From: Patescibacteria group bacterium | Lineage (GTDB): Bacteria > Omnitrophota > Gorgyraeia > Gygaellales > Profunditerraquicolaceae | Length of the DNA: 64,000 nt | Reading direction: 5' to 3' | Assembly (NCBI GenBank): GCA_035506195.1 | Contig: DATJPV010000041.1 | Location: 112-64,111, forward strand | Part shown: one piece after another, positions 28,256-37,400 of the stretch | Layout of the letters: each line of letters begins with the position of its first letter | How positions within the stretch are numbered: position 1 is the stretch's first letter | The notes under the pieces: generated by a model | What the model was told of the DNA's origin: nothing | Database searches by the model: none | The model's input: the letters and a program-made list of their open reading frames with translations, nothing else | Program-made: the position numbers and the translations under genes

Positions 28256-29035
28256 TTAAGCAATATCCAACCACTCCGTATTGGCTCTGTTCCATTCTAA
28301 GATCGGATGCCCTCTGCCCTCAAAGTATGCCCGGACTCTTTCCTGGTCGTAGTCTAAGAGGTCCTCAAAAATAGGGACTAATAAAGAAAGGACGTTATCG
28401 GATATGACGCTTCTGCGGCAGATGTGCCCCATATAAGGCGACGGAGAAACGGTTATCGTATAACCATCGTAAGACATGACGTGCAGCATGACATGGACAT
28501 CGCTTGAGCCGTCTCCGATATAGATTATGGCGTTCCGGGGGACATTTTCCTTTTCCTTTAACATATCCAGGGTGGCTACCTTGGCATGGCCGGCATTGGT
28601 CCTTTCCACATCCTGGACGACGTTATCTTTATACATAAATGTGGTGCCGTAGACGTTCTCGACGGGCAGAATCTGCCCTACCGCTTTCTCAACGCACTCC
28701 TTAGGCGCCGCAGAGAGTATATACGTACTGAAACGGTAATTGTCGATCCCCTCGGACAGGATCTTCATCAGGTCGGTAACCCCTTTTTTGAGCTCGACCT
28801 CCTGTCCTACTTCGTAGAGAAGATCCTTGGTTACCTTGCCGGCATAATCGGGGTCCCTGGCTATCAAATGCGCAAGCTCCCCTCCGAGCTGTACGATATT
28901 CCTGCGTTTTATCTCTTCGATCTTTTGGTCGAACTGCTTCGCAGACACTCCCAGCTTTGCGCTTAGTATGTACCCGATATCCCCCACGGAAAGGGTCTTG
29001 TCGAAATCAGAAACAAAGAGAAATTTTTTCTTCAT
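28256..29035 (-). CDS. HAD superfamily hydrolase (phosphatase), subfamily IB-like
   Basis: Motif I is FVSDFDKTL (DxDxT) and motif IV is IYIGDGSSD. A GGAAGGAG Shine-Dalgarno is present. Confidence 0.7.
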   Translation of the reverse strand: MKKKFLFVSDFDKTLSVGDIGYILSAKLGVSAKQFDQKIEEIKRRNIVQLGGELAHLIARDPDYAGKVTKDLLYEVGQEVELKKGVTDLMKILSEGIDNYRFSTYILSAAPKECVEKAVGQILPVENVYGTTFMYKDNVVQDVERTNAGHAKVATLDMLKEKENVPRNAIIYIGDGSSDVHVMLHVMSYDGYTITVSPSPYMGHICRRSVISDNVLSLLVPIFEDLLDYDQERVRAYFEGRGHPILEWNRANTEWLDIA

Positions 29036-29067
29036 CGTAAGCGCACTCCTTCCCCAGGGTATTCGCC

Positions 29068-29874
29068 CTACATTTCATATTTCAAGGCGTAACTTTTTAA
29101 CATCTGTACCGCCTTGGGGATATACACCAGTTCATCCTGTTTGTGCATATCCTGGCCTTCAAACTCCAAAGAAAAGAAACCCCGGTAATCGTGCTTTTTC
29201 AATATCTTGAATATCTTATCGTAATCAAACTCCAATTCACGGCACTCATCGGTTATGTGATGGCACTTGGCATGGATATGCGGGGCATAGGCTATGGTGT
29301 CTTCAATAGCCTTGTAGATATCCGGGTCATGGTAATTGCCGGTGTCCAAGTTGATCTTGACCCACTCGGAGTTTATTTCCTTTATCAGCCTTAAGGTATC
29401 CACCGCGGTCGGCAGGAAGCCTCCCGCATTATGCGGTTCGATTGCCAGAACAATACCGGCTTCTCTTGCCGGGCCTTCGCATTCCTTTATGCATTTGACC
29501 ATTTCCGGCCAGAGCCTGTCTTTATCCTCAGGCGGCTGGGGCCATCCGGAAAATATCCTTAACACCGGCGCACCTAAGATATAACCCACATCCAGCCATT
29601 TCTTAATCGCCTCTACCTCCTGTTTTCTTTCCCCGGAGCCGGCTTTACCGAAATTGTTCCCCGGGGATAAACAGGCGATACTCAAATGCAGGTCGACAGC
29701 CATCTTCTTGTATCCGATCAGGCTTTTTTTGTCGGTCTTGGGCAAGTGATCAGCGATAATATCTACGCCGCCCAACCGGAGGTCGCGAGCGCAGAATGTA
29801 AGCAGCTTAACGAAATCAAGCCTGCCCGATTCTAAGGATTTATGAGCTGACCAGGTACATAGCCCTAACTTCAC
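29068..29874 (-). CDS. Sugar phosphate isomerase/epimerase (xylose isomerase-like TIM barrel)
   Basis: 268 aa. It matches the AP endonuclease 2 / Xyl_isom-like TIM barrel pattern (MKLGLCTWS..., metal-binding E/D/H positions). Confidence 0.75.
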   Translation of the reverse strand: MKLGLCTWSAHKSLESGRLDFVKLLTFCARDLRLGGVDIIADHLPKTDKKSLIGYKKMAVDLHLSIACLSPGNNFGKAGSGERKQEVEAIKKWLDVGYILGAPVLRIFSGWPQPPEDKDRLWPEMVKCIKECEGPAREAGIVLAIEPHNAGGFLPTAVDTLRLIKEINSEWVKINLDTGNYHDPDIYKAIEDTIAYAPHIHAKCHHITDECRELEFDYDKIFKILKKHDYRGFFSLEFEGQDMHKQDELVYIPKAVQMLKSYALKYEM

Positions 29875-29889
29875 GGCAATCCTCCTGCC

Positions 29890-30927
29890 TTACTTGACTT
29901 TTACCCACTTGCCTGTCTTCTGTGACTCATAGCCGGCCAGGATAACCTTGATGGTCTCCCTGCCTTCTTCCCCGCAGATAAACGGTTTTTCCCCGCTTAT
30001 GACGCAATCGATGAAATAGTGCACGGCATTCTCCCAGCCCCCTCCGGGGCCAAGCTCCGGGATCCTCTCTTCCAGGGTACAGTTGGGGTCCTTACCCTTG
30101 CCGGTCTTAGCCAGGGTAACCAAGATCGGCAGTTTTCCGCCGACGCTGGTAGCTATTTTGCCTTTTTCCCCGTAGACGTAGGTGAGCACTTCGTAGGGCC
30201 TTGTGGTCCAGCTGCATTCAAAGAAGCCTTTTGAGCCGTCGGCAAAACGCAGCAGGACGGTGGCGTTATCGTCGATAGGAAGCTTTTTTTCGAGGGTTTG
30301 AATGGTGGCAAAGACTTCGGTAACCTGTTTACCGGAGAACCAGCGCACCAAATCGCAGATATGTACGCCGATATCGATCATCGCACCGCCGCCCGATTTC
30401 TTTTTGTCGTAGAACCAATGCCCTTTACCTTCTGACCAGTACTCCGGGCCGGCGTGGCCGATGCGGCCGCGGATATTGTGGATGCGGCCGAGGATCCCGG
30501 AATCGATGACTTTCTTGGCTGCCTGGTGGATGGGGTCGAAGCGCTGAGTCTGCTCAACCATCAGCAGCACTCCTGTCCTGCGGGCGGCTTTGATCATAGC
30601 ATCGGCAGCCTTGACTGAAATGGTAATCGGCTTCTCGACTAAGACGTGTTTTTTATATGTTGCCGCCCCCACCGTCATCTCCTCATGCAAATAGTTAGGG
30701 GTATCCACAAAAACGGCATCCACATCGCTTCTTTTGACCAACTGTCTCCAATCCGTGGTAATAGCCGCTCCGGGGAGGTTGAATTTTTGCGCCAGATTCT
30801 GCGCCTTGGATTTGTCGATATCGCACAAACAGGTTACCTGGCATTTTTCTTTATCATTAACCAGATTGGGAATGCTGGCCCGTTCTGCTATTTTACCGCA
30901 ACCAATGACACCTACCTTTACCGCCAT
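29890..30927 (-). CDS. Gfo/Idh/MocA family NAD(P)-dependent oxidoreductase
   Basis: It has an N-terminal Rossmann fold (VKVGVIGCGKIAERA) and a C-terminal alpha/beta domain. The motif EKPIT contains the EKP signature. Confidence 0.85.
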   Translation of the reverse strand: MAVKVGVIGCGKIAERASIPNLVNDKEKCQVTCLCDIDKSKAQNLAQKFNLPGAAITTDWRQLVKRSDVDAVFVDTPNYLHEEMTVGAATYKKHVLVEKPITISVKAADAMIKAARRTGVLLMVEQTQRFDPIHQAAKKVIDSGILGRIHNIRGRIGHAGPEYWSEGKGHWFYDKKKSGGGAMIDIGVHICDLVRWFSGKQVTEVFATIQTLEKKLPIDDNATVLLRFADGSKGFFECSWTTRPYEVLTYVYGEKGKIATSVGGKLPILVTLAKTGKGKDPNCTLEERIPELGPGGGWENAVHYFIDCVISGEKPFICGEEGRETIKVILAGYESQKTGKWVKVK

Positions 30928-30945
30928 TGCGTATTCCTCCTTTAC

Positions 30946-31971
30946 CTATAGGTATATCCGTTTGCCGGTCCGGGCGGATTGATAGATGGCCCAGACTGCT
31001 TTTTGCGTTTTGAGCCCTTCCGTACCGTCGATTTCCGGCTGTCGGCCTTGCTGCAGGGCCCGATAAAACTCTTTTATCTGCACACGATGGCAAAAACCCC
31101 AGTAATCCTTGTGATTCTTGCCGTAGCGAATATAGTCCTTAGGATCGGGCTGGGCAGCCACGGCAGTGCCGTTGTAAAGCCTTATGCGGGCGGAGTCTTT
31201 GACTATATGCGCCCTGCCCTTCTGGCAGTCGATTTCGATCTCGGGATCGGCGTCATAAGAATAAAAATTGATCAGATAGAAACAGATATAAGCGCCTTTT
31301 TTAAAATGGATAACGCCTTCGGCCAGATCCTCGACTTCGATGGCGCTATGCAAACGCCGGGCGGTATGCGCCTCCACGTAATCGGGGCGGTCCCGTATCA
31401 GCCAAAGAAGCACATCCACAAAATGGATCGCCTGGTCGATGAGCACCCCGCCGCCCTCCTTGCTCAGCGTACCCTTCCAATCGCTCCTGCTGTAGTAGGC
31501 ATCCGGCTTATGATAGGCAAGGACCAGCCTTGCCGCTTTCACCTTACCCAGGCGGCCGTTGTCTAAATATTTTTTTACCAGCCGTGAGCCGGGGTTGTAT
31601 CTATTCTGGAATACGACGCCCAATGCCACCTTGTTCCTGCGGCTGGCGTCGATCATCTTTTCGGCATCCCGAGGGTCGATAGAGACAGGTTTCTCCGTAA
31701 GCACATTGATCTTTTTCTGCATGGCTTGCATGCTCATGGAGGGATGCAGATAGTGGGGGGTCAGGATATGCACGGCATCCAGCGTTTCGCTTTCCAGCAT
31801 CTGCGCATACTGCGTATACGCACGACACCGGTATTGCCGGGCAGCTCTCCTGGCGCGTTCCGCCTTGATGTCGCAGACCGCGCGTATCTCTATGTTCGGT
31901 ATGTTAATGAGCGACTGTGCGTGTACCGGGAAGATATTGCCGCAGCCGACCAGGCCGACCTTGAATTTCAT
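30946..31971 (-). CDS. Gfo/Idh/MocA family NAD(P)-dependent oxidoreductase (paralog)
   Basis: It has a Rossmann fold (KFKVGLVGCGNIFPVHAQ) and TEKPVS. Confidence 0.85.
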   Translation of the reverse strand: MKFKVGLVGCGNIFPVHAQSLINIPNIEIRAVCDIKAERARRAARQYRCRAYTQYAQMLESETLDAVHILTPHYLHPSMSMQAMQKKINVLTEKPVSIDPRDAEKMIDASRRNKVALGVVFQNRYNPGSRLVKKYLDNGRLGKVKAARLVLAYHKPDAYYSRSDWKGTLSKEGGGVLIDQAIHFVDVLLWLIRDRPDYVEAHTARRLHSAIEVEDLAEGVIHFKKGAYICFYLINFYSYDADPEIEIDCQKGRAHIVKDSARIRLYNGTAVAAQPDPKDYIRYGKNHKDYWGFCHRVQIKEFYRALQQGRQPEIDGTEGLKTQKAVWAIYQSARTGKRIYL

Positions 31972-31972
31972 G

Positions 31973-32827
31973 TTAATGCGCCAACTTCCTTACTGAATTA
32001 CGCGAAATGATCTGGGTATTGTTGAGCAGGACCTTGACCGGCTCCTTTTCTTTCTTATCGATGAGATTCTTGAGGTAGCGCACACCCAGCCTGCCGACTT
32101 CATACAACGGCTGCTTAACGGTAGTCAAGGAAATCAGGCTTGAAGAAGCCAGGGGTATATCGTCAAAACCGACCACGGACAATTCAGACGGCACACCGAT
32201 GCCGCGATGCTTGGCCTCTTCGATCAGGCCGATCGCCATTTCGTCGCCGGCCACAAAGACCGCGGTCGGAACGGGCTTTAACTTCAAGATCCTCTCCAGG
32301 CCCTTCTTGCCGGCATCCTTGGTCCAGTCGCCTTTAAGTATATATTCGTCGATAACGGGGATGCCGTTTTCCTGCAGGCCTTTCTGGTAACCCGCGAGCC
32401 GGTCGATCCCTGCCTGAGCGTGCAGTTTACCGGTGATGGTAGCGATATGCTTATGTCCGATCCTGACCAGATAGTCTATGATTTCGCGCGCAGCCGCTTC
32501 GTTGTCTACCCCAATGCAGTTATCTTCTGATTTCTTATCGAAATAATTCAAAATGATATACGGGATCTTCTTTTCCTTGGCCTTTTCTACCAGCTGTTCG
32601 TTGCCCATGATATCCGCAAACAGCAAGCCCGAGGCAAAAGAAGTGCTGAATATCTTCAGGTCCATATCGGTCTTCTCTCCTTCGGCCTGATGGGCAATGT
32701 GGATCAGGAGATCAACGCCGAGGCTCAGCGCCCCCTTGCTGGCGCCCTGGATGAGCTCCATAGTATAGAACGTCGAGAACATGTGGGGATAATGCGGCAG
32801 CACTAGTCCGAGGGTTACCTTTTTCAT
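31973..32827 (-). CDS. LacI-type periplasmic-binding-fold ligand-binding protein lacking the N-terminal HTH DNA-binding domain
   Basis: It begins directly at the LacI core (MKKVTLGLVLPHYPHMFSTFYTMELIQG...), with no HTH. Its ATG at 32825-32827 overlaps the TGA of the upstream gene (ATGA overlap). Confidence 0.65.
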   Translation of the reverse strand: MKKVTLGLVLPHYPHMFSTFYTMELIQGASKGALSLGVDLLIHIAHQAEGEKTDMDLKIFSTSFASGLLFADIMGNEQLVEKAKEKKIPYIILNYFDKKSEDNCIGVDNEAAAREIIDYLVRIGHKHIATITGKLHAQAGIDRLAGYQKGLQENGIPVIDEYILKGDWTKDAGKKGLERILKLKPVPTAVFVAGDEMAIGLIEEAKHRGIGVPSELSVVGFDDIPLASSSLISLTTVKQPLYEVGRLGVRYLKNLIDKKEKEPVKVLLNNTQIISRNSVRKLAH

Positions 32828-33963
32828 CGTACCTCCTTGACGCGGCACAGGCATCCGCCCAATCCGGAACCGGGCCCCAGAAAGGCGTATTTGCCGTCTT
32901 TAAGACGCTTAAGGTCAAAACCGAGTTTTATGTTTGCAAGCCCCGCAGCAATGCCGTCGTTGACGATATGGAGATGAAAATCAGGGAAGCCGCATCTTGC
33001 TAATTCATTTTCTACGGCGGCAGTAAAATGAAATCCGTCCTTTTTTGTAAAAAAGGGCAGGTAATCCGTCGAACCGAGTAGATAACCGTCAGCGGAGGCC
33101 TCGCCGGGTAAGGCCAGGCCTACGTGCGTGGAATACGCGATACCTATTTTCTCGGCGTGGGCCTTGGCGCGAATGATCAAACCGGCTAGCTGATGGATAA
33201 CCCTTGCGCGCAACTGAAGGCCGAGGCTCTTCTGCTTTGCAAAGCACTTTATCCGGCTGTTGCTTCGGACCGTCCTTACGGAAAACCTATATTTCCAGAG
33301 AAAAGACGTGTTTTTAATTATACCACAGGTCCGGGGATTTACCATTAAAATCCCGACCCCTGTTTTGTCCCTGCCTAGATCGATGCTGATAACGCCGGCT
33401 CGCGAAAGGCCCCTGGCTTTAGTCTGACGGCAAGCAACTTCCAGCACATTGACCGCCGCGCCTAAAAAACCCGATTCTTTACCGGGGAATCGCGCCTTGG
33501 TCACAGCGATATTGCCAAGCCCTTCCTTGGCGAGACGGTCTTTGATGCCCGCAACGACGATGCTGCCGGTTTTCCCCCGGGAAACGCCGCCGCCGATAAT
33601 GACGCAAGAAAGCCCCTTCCAAAGAGCGGACTCTTGCCTTGTCCAGCCAGGCTTATACCCCCGGCCAGCTGCCAAGGCCGCAATGCCGCTTCCGGCACTC
33701 GCGGCTACTTCCTGTACTATCGCAAGGGCGGCTTCCTGCGCCTTCCTGTTGCGCCGGTCCAGAAGCGCCAGGGTCACCGACATACCGGTGATGCCGGCCT
33801 TGCCTTTTTCAATATAACGACCGAAAATTCCCGGCCTTAATCTAGCTTTTTCCTCCAGGACGCGGCCGCAAAATACGTCTTCAAAAATCACGCCGGGATG
33901 CGCAGGGTCGATGCCGCGGACATCCCAGACCTGGCCGTCTCCCAGGACGGTTATTTTTTTCAT
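32824..33963 (-). CDS. ASKHA superfamily (ROK/glucokinase-like) sugar kinase homolog with an atypical N-terminal domain
   Basis: The C-terminal half has ROK-like motifs (ISIDLGRDKTGVGI, VNDGIAAGLA, FLGPGSGLGG). The N-terminal roughly 185 aa are not a canonical ROK N-domain. Confidence 0.45.
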   Translation of the reverse strand: MKKITVLGDGQVWDVRGIDPAHPGVIFEDVFCGRVLEEKARLRPGIFGRYIEKGKAGITGMSVTLALLDRRNRKAQEAALAIVQEVAASAGSGIAALAAGRGYKPGWTRQESALWKGLSCVIIGGGVSRGKTGSIVVAGIKDRLAKEGLGNIAVTKARFPGKESGFLGAAVNVLEVACRQTKARGLSRAGVISIDLGRDKTGVGILMVNPRTCGIIKNTSFLWKYRFSVRTVRSNSRIKCFAKQKSLGLQLRARVIHQLAGLIIRAKAHAEKIGIAYSTHVGLALPGEASADGYLLGSTDYLPFFTKKDGFHFTAAVENELARCGFPDFHLHIVNDGIAAGLANIKLGFDLKRLKDGKYAFLGPGSGLGGCLCRVKEVR

Positions 33964-34010
33964 GAAGTAAAGAATTTATCACAAGTTTTGGGGGCGGTCA
34001 AGCTATTTTA

Positions 34011-34373
34011 TCAGGCTCGCAGGGCCCGACCCACTCCCATAAAGTCAACTTTGTCGAAACAGACGCCGACCCGGTATTGCCCCATATCTTGAGGCTCAAT
34101 CCAAGCCACCCTACCCCGTTCATAGAGGGGTTCGTGGCCATCGGGAATCCTCAGCCAGATATCCAGAAACGCATCGGGCCTTAAGGGCTGGTCGACGATC
34201 AGGCTGACTCCTTTTGCGCTCATGTTGACGACTTGACCGACGACCTCTAGGCCTTCCTGAGGGGCCAAAACCCTCAAAGGAAACTGCGCTTGAAAGCGAC
34301 GGAATATCCGCCGGTCATCCATGGCCGGTTTTAAAAAATCCTTTACCAGATGGTCCCACCAGGGCTTATCCAC
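34011..34373 (-). CDS. Stand-alone PilZ domain protein (predicted c-di-GMP receptor)
   Basis: The canonical motifs RRIFRR (RxxxR) and NMSAKG (D/N-x-S-x-x-G) are present. It uses a GTG start and lies 53 nt downstream of the giant ORF stop. Confidence 0.8.
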   Translation of the reverse strand: MDKPWWDHLVKDFLKPAMDDRRIFRRFQAQFPLRVLAPQEGLEVVGQVVNMSAKGVSLIVDQPLRPDAFLDIWLRIPDGHEPLYERGRVAWIEPQDMGQYRVGVCFDKVDFMGVGRALRA

Positions 34374-34426
34374 GCCTGACTCCTTTCTGTTTATTATATG
34401 CCTAAGCCAAAAAATGTCAAAACAGT

Positions 34427-37400
34427 TTACGGGCTTTTCTTCTTCGCAGGCTTAGCCAGCCACACCTTTGTGCCCCGCGAATCGACCCCGTAATGCGCAT
34501 CGGGGTTAAGGCCTCCGTGCCCCGGCACAATAACTACGGTGTAATCCTTAAGGCGGCCGGTGTGCTGCTGATACCATGCAATAATAGTGTTTAGATCGTT
34601 TATTTTCTGCGTAAATGCTTTTTGGCGAAGATTGAACAATCCTTGCAGCGATCCGAATTCGACAAGGAGCGTATCGTAATCCAAAATGCCGGACACCCCG
34701 CCCTCCCACTCTTCGGTGACCACTACCCCTCTTCTGACTATCAGCCTATAGGTTTTTGCTTTTTTCCTGAAGAACACCATCAATCCACCGGAGGTATTAA
34801 GGTGTCCTTCGACGACCACTACGTTCTGGCCCCATTGCTCTTTGACTTGACCGATGAGACTTTCGTGATAACCGTATCCCTTGATATTGCCTTTCGGTTC
34901 ATAAAAATCGTAGCCGTAATACTGCGCAAGCCACTCATAGAGATAGTGGTTGGCGACCGGCTCGGCATAGAACCTTGCCTTTTGTTCTGTGGCGTATGTC
35001 TTGATGCCCTCAAGGATATGCCGGTACCCCTCCGCTGCGGTCTCTTGCGGCGGATTTTGCGCTGCCGGCATGCATAATGCCGTAGCCATAACCACGGTAG
35101 CTATGAATGACACGGGCGAAGAAACTGAACCGGAGGGGCCGCGGACTTCCGCGATATGCGCTTGATCCACCAATGCATCGATGATCTCTTTTACTACCCC
35201 CTTGGCATCAAGCGTACGAATTGTTTCCAGTTTCTGGACAAACACATGAGACCACGGCTTGAACCCTTGCCATACCTCTATGATCCGCTTGCCTTGAGTA
35301 ATAAACTCATGTACCTGGCTATCCGTTAACGAGCCGCCCTCTTCGGGATTTTCAACAATAAGCCGCAGCCGGTTAAATAGATCATCCTCCTCTTCCTTTG
35401 TGGCCAATGCTGCCAGGCTCATCTCGAGCTTGTCCTTGACGTCTTCTCCCATCGGCGAACTGCCGGAGACTGCAAACGAAGGTATCTGTTCAAAAAAACC
35501 TCTCTGCATTGCGTATCTGCCTATGATCTTAAAGGCAAAGTCAAACGAATCTGCGCCAGAATCAAGGTGAGTGTGCCGCAGGGGCGGAATGGCTTTTATT
35601 TTCTCTGTTTCAAGCAGATAGAGTATCCTTACGCCCAGGTCTTCTTCTGCGCGCGTGAAGGGGACGTGCACGATCCTGTCGTATCTGTCGTAGGTATCCG
35701 TATCGATCCATATTTCCTGAATGTCGTCAAGGGACAGGGGAACAATGATCTGCGGGTACGGATCTACTATGCCGGTATATCTATTTCCTACTACCCTTAA
35801 GGTGGCTTTACCTTCATGCAGGAACCGGTTGAAGGTAGCCGTAGAAACGACAAAGATAGCCGGGCTTCTGGAGCGGTCATCAAATTGACCGATCGCATAT
35901 TGATGCACAACCCGGGTCAGGGGGATTTTCCCCGTAAGGTAGTTGTTTAAAATGACTTCGTCTAAACCGTCCCTGCCGTGATAGAGCAGGCCCGGGGCGA
36001 ACTCCAGGGGCTTGTTGCTCATTACCAGCTCCAGTTGTTCGGGCCTGGTGTCGATCCCGTCTTCGGGGTCCAGCAACGCATGATCCTTCATAACCGCCAC
36101 ATCCCCCAGCGGCGAACTGGAATCCGTATCGGAATCCCCGCGTCCTTTAAGCTGCAGAGACATCTGCTCGATCTGCGCGGTTAACAACGCAAGCTTCTCT
36201 TCAATAGGGATGCCTTTGGTAAGGCATTCAAGCGCACCCCGCGCATACAATGATATATGCTCATACCGCACGTCATGATAAAGCGTCGACAGGCGCCTTA
36301 ATTGCGCAATGAAGCTTCTGAGCATTTTTTCAAGAATAAGGACCTCGTTTAACCGTTGCGGCCCCTTGTTTTCCTTCAAGGACGCAAGCTGGCGCTCGAT
36401 CTGCGCTATCCGCTCGGCGGGATCTCCTCCGGAGGCATCTTTCCTTTTCAGCGGCGAGCTGGCGCCGATACGGCTTTCCTTCTTTTTGGCTTCCCCCTTC
36501 CTTTCAAACAAGAGCAATTCGGTCATCGGACAGCCTACCATAGAGAATGCATACAGGAGGGTATCGGGGCTATTATCGGAATCCAATTCATCGTCAACGT
36601 CGATCTGCCTCAAGAGCGCCTGGTAATCCTGCCTAAGGTACTGTTCTATTTCGCCTCTTTTTTTCACGCCTCTTGGTGAGAATAATTTGCTGAACGTATT
36701 TTTTTCATCGTCATTGGTGGGCGTATTGAGCACAACCAAATAACCCGGCCTTGACAAAAACGGGATGCTCATCGATAGCACCTTCCGGAAATCAACGTAA
36801 TTAAGGACATCCGAAAGCGCAATAATATCGAACACTCCCTTATACCGCTGCCAGAACAAGCTTGTATTCCGATGCCGCCCGGAAACGTCAAGAAACCGCT
36901 TAAAGTTACGAGGCAGCCTTAATTGGTCGAGCTTTTCTGCGTCGCCCTTGAGTATAACGAGGTTTCCTTCCTGGCGGATATCTTCGGGAAGGCCGACATC
37001 GACCCCTACTACCCGAGTGCGAGAGCCTGAAAGCTTCAGTTCCGTACTAGCCTCCCCGCCATGACAGCCGATATCCAAGATCAATACGGGGTTACGTTTT
37101 TGCGACAGCCTGAATTGAACGAGGTGTTGCACCAGAACCCTCACTCCCCACTTCCCGCCTGAGTCAGAATAATTCCGCTTCCCGTACAGTTCTTCCCATT
37201 TCCGATGGTTTTGCGCCGGTGAGCTGCTTTTTTGAAAAGCCTCCCGCAAGCCGCGTAACCGTACAAGGCAATTGTTCGCATCCGGGTCCAGCAAGGTATC
37301 ATTCCAGCCGGGCTTCTGACATATCGCCTGAAGTATCGACTCTATAAACAGCTCGATCCTGTCCGGCGGGATCGGATTGCCCCGTGCATAAAGCCGCTGC

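Noticed and set aside
34430-34520. Amidase_3-like start (VVIVPGHGG) at the extreme C-terminus of the giant protein
   Set aside because: Only about 20 residues follow before the stop, which is far too short for an amidase domain. It is noted only as a motif resemblance.
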